DNA of 63,645 nucleotides, counting the filler, from Candidatus Coatesbacteria bacterium (GTDB lineage Bacteria > JAFGND01), in NCBI GenBank assembly GCA_016927185.1. It is 7 parts of 7 records of this genome, joined end to end, with 100 filler letters (N's around TTAATTAATTAA, not from the genome) between each part and the next. Parts side by side here need not be neighbours in the genome. Positions count along the whole stretch, not along the records: positions 44,292 to 59,163 come from JAFGND010000078.1; positions 59,264 to 62,349 come from JAFGND010000079.1; 5 more parts are not named here. One strand, 5' to 3'. Below the pieces are notes generated by a model. That model saw only the letters and a list, made by a program, of their open reading frames with translations, was not told the origin of the DNA and did not search any database. The position numbers and the translations under genes were made by a program. Position 1 is the first letter of the stretch; every line of letters starts with the position of its first letter. This document shows, piece by piece, positions 50,164-59,580 of the stretch.

Positions 50164-51422
50164 ATTATATCGTTTATTGCAACTTCTTCCTGAATGCCAG
50201 AATTCATATCTTTGATTGTAACAGAACCTGTTTCTTTTTCATTTTCTCCAATCAAGATCACAAATCTTTTCTTCATCTTGTTGCATAAAGAGAAAATCTT
50301 CTTCGGTTTTTCTGGCTTGAGGAATAGATCTGTTGAGATTCCTTTTTTCCTTATCAATTCTGCAATTTTGATTGCAAAATCTCTTTCATTGTCAGATAAA
50401 AAGGCTATTGCTATATCAGGTTTTGCATTTGTCTTTAATTCCATATTCTTGTATTCAAGAAGCTCTTTTATTACAACATCTCCAAATCCCAATCCTACTG
50501 CTGGCAGATCCTTTCCTCCAAGATTTTGCAGCAAGTTGTTGTATCTTCCACCTCCAAAAATTGCCCTGTATTTTCTTTCAACATCGAATCCCTCAAAAAC
50601 GATGCCGGTATAATATGCCAGTCCTCTTATTATTCCTATATCGAATTCAATGAAGTCTTTCAGATTATAGATTTCCAGAAGATTGAATAATTCCTTTAAA
50701 TTATTCAGGGAAGTACTTTTGTTGTCTATAATTGATTCGATTTCTTCAATATTTCTTATTTCCATGATTTTGAATATTTTCTGGATTTCAGATTCTGGAA
50801 GACCATCAGATTTCAACATTTCTTTGATAGCTTCATCAGCTATTTTACCTCTTTTATCCAGCGCCAGACAAATCTGATTGAAATATTTCATTTCACATTC
50901 ATGGTATTTGAGTATATCATGTAAAATACCTCTGTGACCAATTCTTACCTTGAAATCTCTTGAGGTCATTCCCAATCCTGTCATTACATTAACTGCTGCA
51001 GCAATTACCTCAGATTCTGCTATGGGTGATTCTTCTCCTATTATATCAACATTCCATTGATAATGCTCTCTTTTTCTTCCTTTCTGGGCTCTTTCATATC
51101 TGAAGCATTGAACAATCCCGAACCAGCGAAGGGGAAAATGCAGTTCTTTTATTCTAGAGAGAATCAGCCTTGCAAGAGAAGGAGTTAGCTCAGGACGAAG
51201 AGCTAATTCTCTTCCTCCCTTGTCTTTGAATACATATATCTGCTCATCAATTTCCTCACCTGATTTTCGTCTGAATAGATCTGCTGATTCAACAATAGGA
51301 GCATCGAATTCCTCAAAACCATAAATTCTGGAGATCTCTCTCCACTTATCAAATAAATAATTCCTGAAAAGCATATCTTCAGGATAAAAGTCCCGCATTC
51401 CCTGAGGTGGATTCAAATTCAT
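50145..51422 (-). CDS. hisS: Histidyl-tRNA synthetase
   Basis: GMRDFYP, LRPELTP, FRYERAQKGRKREHYQ, RGLAYYTG, GGGRY. Confidence 0.97.
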   Translation of the reverse strand: MNLNPPQGMRDFYPEDMLFRNYLFDKWREISRIYGFEEFDAPIVESADLFRRKSGEEIDEQIYVFKDKGGRELALRPELTPSLARLILSRIKELHFPLRWFGIVQCFRYERAQKGRKREHYQWNVDIIGEESPIAESEVIAAAVNVMTGLGMTSRDFKVRIGHRGILHDILKYHECEMKYFNQICLALDKRGKIADEAIKEMLKSDGLPESEIQKIFKIMEIRNIEEIESIIDNKSTSLNNLKELFNLLEIYNLKDFIEFDIGIIRGLAYYTGIVFEGFDVERKYRAIFGGGRYNNLLQNLGGKDLPAVGLGFGDVVIKELLEYKNMELKTNAKPDIAIAFLSDNERDFAIKIAELIRKKGISTDLFLKPEKPKKIFSLCNKMKKRFVILIGENEKETGSVTIKDMNSGIQEEVAINDIIKKIAP

Positions 51423-51546
51423 ATTAGTCCCCTTTCATAAGAAGACGATATTATACTATGTAGATTTTAGGCAAGTTAAAAATTCAAATAGATTTTCTTT
51501 ACGATTAATATAATTCAACTATTTTATAAAATTATTTAAAAAACGC

Positions 51547-51574
51547 TTGACAAAATTTAAAAAAGTATTATAGT
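51547..51574 (+). promoter_or_regulatory. Sigma70-type promoter
   Basis: TTGACA-N16-TATAGT upstream of the DUF2089 operon. Confidence 0.65.
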
Positions 51575-51623
51575 TATTTACGAAAGTTAAAGTTGGCATT
51601 AATATTTTAAAGGGGGTGATATA

Positions 51624-51989
51624 ATGGAGATTGATTCCCTTAAACAATGCCCGGTTTGTGGTAAGGAACTAATAATAGAAAAGTATGTTTGTCCATCCTG
51701 CAATATAGAAATAAAAGGAAATTTCAAAGCTTGTTTTTGCAGCAGACTAAGCAAGGAAGACAGGCAATTTCTGGATGTATTTATCAGAAATGCGGGTAAT
51801 CTGAAGGAAATAGGAAAATTCCTTGGAGTAAGTTATCCAACAGTGAAAGCAAAGCTGAAATCGCTCCAGGAAGCCTGGGGAGTTCCCCTGTCCCAAATTG
51901 AGCTAACCGGCAAGGCATCAATACTTGATTTGCTTGAAATGGGTGAGATCTCTGCTTCTGAAGCTGAAGAAATGATAAAGAACCAATAA
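51624..51989 (+). CDS. DUF2089 family Zn-ribbon/HTH protein with SHOCT-like tail
   Basis: CPVCG...CPSC, GNLKEI..LGVSYPTVKAKL, ILDLLEMGEISASEA. Confidence 0.88.
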   Translation: MEIDSLKQCPVCGKELIIEKYVCPSCNIEIKGNFKACFCSRLSKEDRQFLDVFIRNAGNLKEIGKFLGVSYPTVKAKLKSLQEAWGVPLSQIELTGKASILDLLEMGEISASEAEEMIKNQ

Positions 51990-51999
51990 GGAGAGTATT

Positions 52000-52680
52000 A
52001 TGTTTGTATCTAAATTGATAGAAAAGAAGGAATTTGATGTTGAAAACATTAATCAGATATCAATAAAAAATATATCTGCTGATTTAAATCTTTTGGGAAA
52101 AGCTGACTCTGATAAAATATCACTGGAATTATATTCAGAGAACGAGAAAGCAGTAATTAAGGTTTTCAATCAAGACAGTACTCTAAATATAACCGTTCAT
52201 ATTGGTGTCTTGATTGTAAATGCTCCTTCAAATCTAAATATCAGAATTATTTCTGAAGTTGGGCACAACAAGATAAAAGCGTTTGAAAACGGAGGATATA
52301 TAAAATCAAAAGCCGGTTATGTAAAAATAGATGGAATAAGAAAAGGTGATTGGGAAATTGAGGTTGATAGTTCTCCACTAATGATGTATTTAGATGATAA
52401 TCTGGAAAAGCTGTCTGTCAAGTCAGTTAACGGACCTTTGAACATTGATTTCATCAATATTAATTCTGGCATATATAGCATTTTTTCAGAGAATGCTCCA
52501 TTGTATGCTAATTTCAAGAAGCTATGTGATGTTTCCCTTGATGTGAAAACAAAAAACCAGAACATGATTTACAAGATTGATCTGCCTAAAGAAAAGGATA
52601 AATATATAATTGGCAAAGGTACAGCAGAAATGTTCTTTTCTACTAAAATTGGCCCCATAAGAGTTTTAAAAGAAGAATGA
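52000..52680 (+). CDS. DUF4097-like beta-solenoid protein
   Basis: Repeated S.NGP/V strands; paralog of the next gene. Confidence 0.6.
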   Translation: MFVSKLIEKKEFDVENINQISIKNISADLNLLGKADSDKISLELYSENEKAVIKVFNQDSTLNITVHIGVLIVNAPSNLNIRIISEVGHNKIKAFENGGYIKSKAGYVKIDGIRKGDWEIEVDSSPLMMYLDDNLEKLSVKSVNGPLNIDFININSGIYSIFSENAPLYANFKKLCDVSLDVKTKNQNMIYKIDLPKEKDKYIIGKGTAEMFFSTKIGPIRVLKEE

Positions 52681-52693
52681 AAAGGAGGAAATC

Positions 52694-53866
52694 ATGAAAA
52701 CAGGAAAACTTATAAAAGAATTGCAATTTGATTCAACAACCATAAAGCATATTTCAATAACAAATGAGGTTGCTGAACTATTGCTTTTGGGCAAGGAAGA
52801 AAGTAATCAAATTGCTCTGGAATATTATTCTGATATTGAAGATGCTGAATTCGAAGCTATAGAAGAAGAAGATGCACTGAAAATCGAATTATCTGTTGGA
52901 AAACTTATAATGAATGCTCCATCTAACATATTTCTTGAGATATCAAATGTCTCCGGACCATGTAAGATAAGAGATTTTCAGAAGGGTGGAGATATAGACA
53001 GTGAAGCAGGTCCCTTGAAAATGGATGGAATAAAAGAAGGGAACTGGAATCTTGATATAGAAAATGCTCCACTTGACATGAGAATAGATGGAAGTCTTGA
53101 AAACCTGTCCATATCATCTGAAAACGGTCCTGTGAAAGTATCACTTAAAAATGTTCATCATGGAGATTATTCAATAAGCTCAGATAACGGTCCTGTAAAA
53201 ATAATAATAGACAAAGTAAATGATCTGAGTATTAATGTTGAATCCAAGAACACTCCGATGCTAAGCAGAATAAATCTCCCAAAAGCTGATGGGAAATATG
53301 TTGTGGGTAAGGGTACAGCTGAAGTAAATATTGAGACTGAATATGGACCTATTATGTTAGTTTCTGATGATGTTTCATACAGGGAATCTAAGGCAAAAAA
53401 TGATTACAGGGAAGAAAAATTGCGCATACTGAAGATGGTAGAATCAAACAAGATAACTGTAGAAGAGGGAATGAGATTACTCAATACTATTTCTGACAAG
53501 GAGAAGAAAGAATCGGATGAAAACTTCGGTCTTCCCAAGGTTATTTTTGTATCTTGCTTTGCTACTAATGATCCAGTTCCAAAATGGAGCATATCTGTTC
53601 CAATACGACTGTTTCATGGTCAGAAATCTGTAGCATCTTTGCTGGGAATTGACATAAATACTAAACAAAGCAGATACTCAAAACGTATACCATTCATAGA
53701 TATGGAACTGGGTGATTTCTTGCCAAACAAAATATTTGGTAATTGTGAAACATCCGGGATAGACTGGCTGGAAATTGAAGAAAAATATTCTGTTCAGGGG
53801 AACTTCATATTTCATAAGCTTACTGCTGAAAATGAAGAAATAGTAGTAGAGATAAAAGGAGACTAA
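52694..53866 (+). CDS. DUF4097-like beta-solenoid protein with SHOCT-like domain
   Basis: SSENGPVK repeats; EEKLRILKMVESNKITVEEGMRLL. Confidence 0.65.
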   Translation: MKTGKLIKELQFDSTTIKHISITNEVAELLLLGKEESNQIALEYYSDIEDAEFEAIEEEDALKIELSVGKLIMNAPSNIFLEISNVSGPCKIRDFQKGGDIDSEAGPLKMDGIKEGNWNLDIENAPLDMRIDGSLENLSISSENGPVKVSLKNVHHGDYSISSDNGPVKIIIDKVNDLSINVESKNTPMLSRINLPKADGKYVVGKGTAEVNIETEYGPIMLVSDDVSYRESKAKNDYREEKLRILKMVESNKITVEEGMRLLNTISDKEKKESDENFGLPKVIFVSCFATNDPVPKWSISVPIRLFHGQKSVASLLGIDINTKQSRYSKRIPFIDMELGDFLPNKIFGNCETSGIDWLEIEEKYSVQGNFIFHKLTAENEEIVVEIKGD

Positions 53867-54510
53867 AAAATATCTTTCCTTATTAAAAGAACAGGTTTAC
53901 CTATTATCTTGAAATACTGCAAATCATTTTCTTCCAGTAATATGTCAGGATAATTGGGATTAGCTGCCTGAAGACGCACCTTGTCTCCAATCTTGAAATA
54001 TCTTTTAAGAGTGGTTTCTTTATCAAGCTGAACAGCAGCTATTTGCCCTGATTGAACCTCTATTCTTCTGCTGATTACAACGTAAGAAGAAGGGGTAATA
54101 CCAGCTCCTATCATGCTGTCACCGCTAATTTGAAGTACAAACAAATCTTCAGGATATCTGCTTTCCTCAGCAAGCAGGAATTTTGGAAGCTGGATTTTCT
54201 CTTCAGCTTCCTCATCAGGTTGCCTCAATCCTCCAGCTGCTATAGTTCCAAGTATTTGAAGCTCCATAATTCCTTCCTGGACTCCATGATTTGCCAGCAT
54301 CTTTCCATCACCCTTGAGAAGCCAGTCAAGTGATACATTTGTGCTTTTTGCCAGATTATCAAGAAATGCTGAGCCTGGAGCTACTTTGCCAGATTCATAC
54401 TTGCTTATAAGATGCTGAAAAGATTTCGTTAAAGCAGCAAGATCCTTTTGTGACAATTTTAAATGCTTTCTTAGTTGCTTTAATCTGAAGCCAAATCCTT
54501 GTACTTCCAT
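53863..54510 (-). CDS. XRE-HTH / S24 peptidase (LexA/CI-like) repressor
   Basis: RLKQLRKHLKLSQKDLA HTH; IAAG cleavage site; GDSM and TLKR catalytic Ser/Lys. Confidence 0.88.
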   Translation of the reverse strand: MEVQGFGFRLKQLRKHLKLSQKDLAALTKSFQHLISKYESGKVAPGSAFLDNLAKSTNVSLDWLLKGDGKMLANHGVQEGIMELQILGTIAAGGLRQPDEEAEEKIQLPKFLLAEESRYPEDLFVLQISGDSMIGAGITPSSYVVISRRIEVQSGQIAAVQLDKETTLKRYFKIGDKVRLQAANPNYPDILLEENDLQYFKIIGKPVLLIRKDIF

Positions 54511-54570
54511 GGAAATCCTTTCATTTTTATACCTGATTTTATATATTAATTTTTTAATGCAACTATAAAA

Positions 54571-56505
54571 TTAAAAAAGTTTATTTTTATAGTTGTATCT
54601 TATACCAAAATTGAATGTCCTTCCAGGTTGTGGATAATCACGCTTCTCTTCATAAAGCTTATCATAAATATTGCTTATCTGAAGATATAGTGACATTGTT
54701 TCCTTGAACATATAGACCTCGGATTTCAAATCATGAACTGTATAGTCTTTCATCTTAGCCTGGATATGATCATATCTTGTGAAAGATCCTTTTATTACAT
54801 ATGTTATTGAAGCTGGAAGAAGTAATTTGAAAAACATTGTGTTATCGAAAGATACCTGATATCTGGGATTGTAAGCTTTTATCTCAGTATATTCTTCTCT
54901 TGCAAGATTTCCCTGTTTAAAGAAAAGAGATGAAAGCATTGCATTTGGAATTATTCTTGTATTCCTGTTTAATTCTATTTCAGAACCTATCTGAAAATCA
55001 GCACCCCATGTGCCAACTGATGAGGAAGTGTTTGCGAATTTTCCATCCAGATCATCCTGATAGCTTAAATATATCAAATCATGAATATAATTCCTGAAAA
55101 CAGAAGCTGAGGATGTAACCTTTGCACTCTTCTTGATGGGAATTGTTATCTCACTTCCTGCTTCAAACTTGTATGCATATTCACTTTTCAGATCAGGATT
55201 TCCCTTTGTTTCACTATATAGATTTTGCAATGTCGGATATTTAATAGTCCTCCCCATGCTTACTCTAGATGAAAGATTATTGGTTATGAAATATTTCAAA
55301 CCAAGGCTGGGATTAATGTCATAAGTATAATGCTGAGAATTAAAAAGTGTTGAAAATCCAATCCCTGGAGTTATATAAAGCGGTTTAACTGGATTTATCT
55401 CATCAATCAGATAAGCATTATTAATGCTGTATTTGTACCTTTCCAGATCTTCATCAATGTCAGGTTTCTTGAGAAAATAAATATACCTGAATTCATTACC
55501 ATAAGTCAGCTTGTTTTTTGTGAATATATCATGATCGATTTCCACTTTTTCTGACATTGTATGTATCTTGAAAACTGAATCAAAATCAAGATTTTCATCA
55601 AAAAATGGTTGCCTGCTATATCTCTTCAATCTATCCATATAATACGAATACAGAATTGCAGGATACATGATAATGTTCTTCCGCAAATTAAGTCTTGCCC
55701 TTGAATTGACATAATTATTAGACCAGTCCACAAATCTGTCTATTGGCAGTCTGTCTGTTTCATTAACGCAACCAAAGTCCTGCCTTGTTACACCAAATCC
55801 CAGACTGACATATTGCTGATTTTTCAAGATTCTTCTTAGTGTTCCCTGAAAATGCAATCGCTCCCTGTCACTGTTCTCTCTTAGTCCTCCATCTTCATAA
55901 AAATCAGGGACAAAATCCTCAGGTAATTTAAAGCCCTTCACCTTTTCCCATGAAACATTCAAATTCATTATTGTGAAAGAACCTAATGGATGAGTCTGGC
56001 TGATTTCAAGGTAATGCCCTAAATCTTCTATGGCTTCTACGGAAATTTTCAGTTGTGGTGGTTCCCAGCCTTCTTTTGTTATGATATTTATTATTCCTCC
56101 CATTCCTTCTGCATATTGTGGTGAAATAGAAGAGGGAGTTATAATTACTTTCTCTATTTGTTCAACAGGTATGGTAGAGAGATCTACCATACCATAGTAA
56201 TTTTCAGATATCGGCTGGCCATTAATCAGAACCTTGACTTTTTCATTTGCAAAACCTCTTATGCTGACTTTTGTACCAGATTTACCTCCAGCCGAAACTG
56301 ATAAGCCTGGAACGTTTCTGAGTATGTCTGCAAGGTCTCTGGAGTTATATTTGTCCAGGTCAGAAGAAGTGATAACCTTCTGCTGTGCTCCATAATCAGG
56401 CAAGTATTGACCCCAGACAACATCCTTCATGTAATCAAGCTGATTCTGGTCAGATTGCTCCCCATTCAGGAAGACTGACAGTATTAATAGAAAAAACAAA
56501 TGCAT
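54571..56505 (-). CDS. TonB-dependent receptor
   Basis: Plug LRNVPGL..SIRG..VLING..IEKV..GGIINIITK; GNPDLKSE; C-terminal PGRTFNFGIRY. Confidence 0.9.
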   Translation of the reverse strand: MHLFFLLILSVFLNGEQSDQNQLDYMKDVVWGQYLPDYGAQQKVITSSDLDKYNSRDLADILRNVPGLSVSAGGKSGTKVSIRGFANEKVKVLINGQPISENYYGMVDLSTIPVEQIEKVIITPSSISPQYAEGMGGIINIITKEGWEPPQLKISVEAIEDLGHYLEISQTHPLGSFTIMNLNVSWEKVKGFKLPEDFVPDFYEDGGLRENSDRERLHFQGTLRRILKNQQYVSLGFGVTRQDFGCVNETDRLPIDRFVDWSNNYVNSRARLNLRKNIIMYPAILYSYYMDRLKRYSRQPFFDENLDFDSVFKIHTMSEKVEIDHDIFTKNKLTYGNEFRYIYFLKKPDIDEDLERYKYSINNAYLIDEINPVKPLYITPGIGFSTLFNSQHYTYDINPSLGLKYFITNNLSSRVSMGRTIKYPTLQNLYSETKGNPDLKSEYAYKFEAGSEITIPIKKSAKVTSSASVFRNYIHDLIYLSYQDDLDGKFANTSSSVGTWGADFQIGSEIELNRNTRIIPNAMLSSLFFKQGNLAREEYTEIKAYNPRYQVSFDNTMFFKLLLPASITYVIKGSFTRYDHIQAKMKDYTVHDLKSEVYMFKETMSLYLQISNIYDKLYEEKRDYPQPGRTFNFGIRYNYKNKLF

Positions 56506-56508
56506 TTT

Positions 56509-57510
56509 CTAATGAGGAGTATATTTTATTTGTATCTCCGCAATATCAGATACATCATCAGGAACTGTATAAATAACTCCCAAAACAGGCTTGTCTTCAC
56601 TATGTGCTTCAGGGATTGCTACTTCAGTTCCAATAATTTCTATCAGGTAAGGTGTTTTTGTCCTGAGATTGTTGATTTGTTCTTCAGTGAATTTTGATTC
56701 ATCAAAATAAGCCTTATCCTTGCTTTCTTCCTCAGCACCATCCTCAATCTTATACCAGCCTGTACTGAACTGATCCCAGGTTAGCTCTAATCTTGTCATT
56801 CCTCCACCAGTATAGTATCCATCTGTTGCTACAACAGTAAACTTGTAGTTACTATTCCAGCATGCTTCTGGAACTGCATATTTCAACTGGATACCTTTGC
56901 ATGTATCTGTATATTCCGTTCCTTTTTTAGTCCATCTGAAAGTATGAGTTTCCTGCTTGAGAGCATCTAACTCATATATACCCCAGTTTGAATCGGAAAA
57001 CTGTGTCTTGAAAGCTCTATAGCAAGCTATCTCCTTGACTTGTTTTACGGAATGTCCACTGACAAGACCGTGATCCTCACCATCGTTCTTTGTCATTACG
57101 CTATCATCAAAGCGTGAACGTGGAATATCTTCCGTGTTTTCTTCTTGATAGTTGAGTCCACCCATTAAGAATTGAAATTCCGCAATATCCGGATTACCTT
57201 TTTGATGGCTATTATAACCATCCTCTGCATATAATCTGTATGAAAATGCTTTTTGCAGGCCATCCATTGGATCAAGAGCTGCTATGAATTTTTCATCCAG
57301 ATATGCCTCTTTTATGAAACCATCTTCAACATCTCCAGTGTTATGTATAAATGCTTTTACGGTTAAAGTTTGAGTTCCAGTACTTGTCCCTGTTCCTGTG
57401 CCTGTTCCTGTGCCATTATCTGTTTCATCATCACCGCAACCAAAGTTGAAAGCTAAAACTACAAACAATGCTACAAGAAGGAATTGCACGAGATATCGCC
57501 CCTTTCTCAT
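56509..57510 (-). CDS. Hypothetical lipoprotein co-transcribed with the TonB-dependent receptor
   Basis: Lipobox NFGC, Gly-Thr linker, AAGGAG RBS. Confidence 0.7.
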   Translation of the reverse strand: MRKGRYLVQFLLVALFVVLAFNFGCGDDETDNGTGTGTGTGTSTGTQTLTVKAFIHNTGDVEDGFIKEAYLDEKFIAALDPMDGLQKAFSYRLYAEDGYNSHQKGNPDIAEFQFLMGGLNYQEENTEDIPRSRFDDSVMTKNDGEDHGLVSGHSVKQVKEIACYRAFKTQFSDSNWGIYELDALKQETHTFRWTKKGTEYTDTCKGIQLKYAVPEACWNSNYKFTVVATDGYYTGGGMTRLELTWDQFSTGWYKIEDGAEEESKDKAYFDESKFTEEQINNLRTKTPYLIEIIGTEVAIPEAHSEDKPVLGVIYTVPDDVSDIAEIQIKYTPH

Positions 57511-57838
57511 TTTTGTGCTCCTTTCTTATCGATTACTTAACAACAAGGTCTATGTCTGTTTTAAGGTTCTTTTAAGCAAGAAAAAAGTATTAAATAGCAT
57601 TGTAACTTGGTTGTTGACGGTTTTCAAAACGAAAAGGAAATAAGAAAGGGGTGTTTCGCAAAGTGAAGTTGAATAAATTCAGATCTTTTTCTTGCCTGAT
57701 TTCAAAGATCTTGTATCAATTTCTGACTTATAAAGAGATTTTTAATGACTTAATTAAAAACCTTGACTTTAAATATTGTCAATTTTTATGTGAAATATAT
57801 ATGAAAGGGAAGACCATGATTATAGTAAGGAGGCTATC

Positions 57839-58990
57839 ATGAAAAATCTTTTAATCATCATAATTCTGCTAACATTATCTAGTCTGCTTTTCTCAGCACC
57901 AGGGGATTTAATATGGAGATATCAAACAGGTGGTTATGTTAACTCCTCTCCTTGTGTTTCAGATGGAGTTATTTATGTTGGAAGTTGGGATTATTATATA
58001 TATGCAATAAACTGTTCAGATGGAACTCTTAAATGGAGATATAGGACATTTAATTATATTGATTCCTCGCCCTATGTTTCAGATGGATTTGTCTATATTG
58101 GGTGTCTTGATGGTTATATTTATGCAATAAACTACTCAGATGGAACTCGTAAATGGAGATTTGGTACAAATGGTAGTATTTCAACTACCCCTTGTGTTAG
58201 TAATGGAGTTGTATATGTTGGAAGTGGTGATCATTGTTTATTTGCAATAAATAATTCATCCGGAACTCTCCAATGGAGATATGAGACAGGTGCTGGAATT
58301 TACTCCTCTCCTTGTGTCTCAGATGGAGTTGTTTATGTTGGAAGTGTTGATAATTATCTCTACGCAATAAATAGTTCTGTTGGAACTCTTAAATGGAGAT
58401 ATCAAACAGGTGGTTATGTTATCTCCTCTCCTTGTGTTTCAGATGGAGTTGTATATGTTGGAAGTAGGGATCATTATCTTTATGCAATAAATATTTCAGA
58501 TGGAACTCTATTTTGGAGATATAAAACAGAGAATTGGATTTATTCTTCCCCCTGCATTTCAGACAGAGTTGTTTATTTTGGAAGTTATGCTTATTATCTT
58601 TATGCAATAAACTGCTCAGATGGAACTCTTAAATGGAGATATCAGACAGGAAGTGATGTTGACTCCTCTCCTTGTGTTTCAGATGGAGTCGTTTTCATTG
58701 GAAGTCATGATTGTTATCTTTATGCTATAGAAACTTATGGATATAAAGGTTTCAAAGACAACAAGAAAAGATTCAACCTTCCAGAGAAGCAATTTTCAGT
58801 TTCCCCAAATCCATTTACTGACAGACTTACGATTTCCCTTCCTTCTTCTGCTTCTATTTATTCCCTTACTGGTCAACTGATTATGAACCTACCCAAAGGC
58901 AAGCATTCACTTGATACTAGCAAATGGAGAGAAGGAGTTTATATTGTGAAAAGTGGCATGGAATGCAAGAGAGTGGTGAAGATAAGATAG
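57839..58990 (+). CDS. Secreted PQQ-like beta-propeller repeat protein with C-terminal sorting-type domain
   Basis: Signal peptide + APGDL; seven 40-aa repeats; VSPNPF...WREGVYIVK tail. Confidence 0.9.
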   Translation: MKNLLIIIILLTLSSLLFSAPGDLIWRYQTGGYVNSSPCVSDGVIYVGSWDYYIYAINCSDGTLKWRYRTFNYIDSSPYVSDGFVYIGCLDGYIYAINYSDGTRKWRFGTNGSISTTPCVSNGVVYVGSGDHCLFAINNSSGTLQWRYETGAGIYSSPCVSDGVVYVGSVDNYLYAINSSVGTLKWRYQTGGYVISSPCVSDGVVYVGSRDHYLYAINISDGTLFWRYKTENWIYSSPCISDRVVYFGSYAYYLYAINCSDGTLKWRYQTGSDVDSSPCVSDGVVFIGSHDCYLYAIETYGYKGFKDNKKRFNLPEKQFSVSPNPFTDRLTISLPSSASIYSLTGQLIMNLPKGKHSLDTSKWREGVYIVKSGMECKRVVKIR

Positions 58991-59163
58991 TATTTTCTAT
59001 TCCATTTCAGGGAAATCTGCCTCTTTCAAGACAGACTCCCTGGTTATGGAAACAGGAGCTTTCCCAGTAATTAATCATTCATATATTTTCATATAAAAGA
59101 GCTTATCTGTATCAATCATTTCGAAACATATTTCAAAAATGGATACTTAGAACGTTCACATAT
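58850..59163 (+). repeat. Repeat copy 1: C-terminal-domain coding region plus ~170-nt non-coding tail
   Basis: Highly similar to the reverse complement of 59264..59580; last 87 nt identical. Confidence 0.9.
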
Positions 59164-59263
59164 NNNNNNNNNNNNNNNNNNNNNNNNNNNNNNNNNNNNN
59201 NNNNNNNTTAATTAATTAANNNNNNNNNNNNNNNNNNNNNNNNNNNNNNNNNNNNNNNNNNNN
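59164..59263. other. Artificial contig linker
   Basis: N-run/TTAATTAATTAA/N-run. Confidence 0.98.
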
Positions 59264-59580
59264 ATATGTGAACGTTCTAAGTATCCATTTTTGAAATATG
59301 TTTCGAAATGATTGATACAGATAAGCTCTTTTATATGAAAATATATGAATAACTAATGAACTGGGAAAGCCTCTGTTTCCATAACCAGGGAGTCTGTCTT
59401 GAAAGAGGCAGATTTCCCTGAAATGGGATAAAAAAATACTATCTTACCTTCACCACCCTCTTGCATTCCATGCCGCTCTTCACTATATAAACTCCCTCTC
59501 TCCAGCTGCTTGTATCAAGAGAATGCTTGCCTTTATCGAGGTACATTATCAGCTGACCAGTAATGGAATATATAGAAGCA
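59264..59580 (-). repeat. Repeat copy 2
   Basis: Reverse complement matches 58850..59163. Confidence 0.9.

Noticed and set aside
57511-57790. Cobalamin riboswitch upstream of the TonB-dependent receptor operon
   Set aside because: No B12-box or other conserved cobalamin riboswitch motif could be found by eye.
58990-59440. Apparent large inverted repeat suggesting an invertible segment or hairpin
   Set aside because: The two arms are on different contigs separated by a linker, so their relative orientation is arbitrary.
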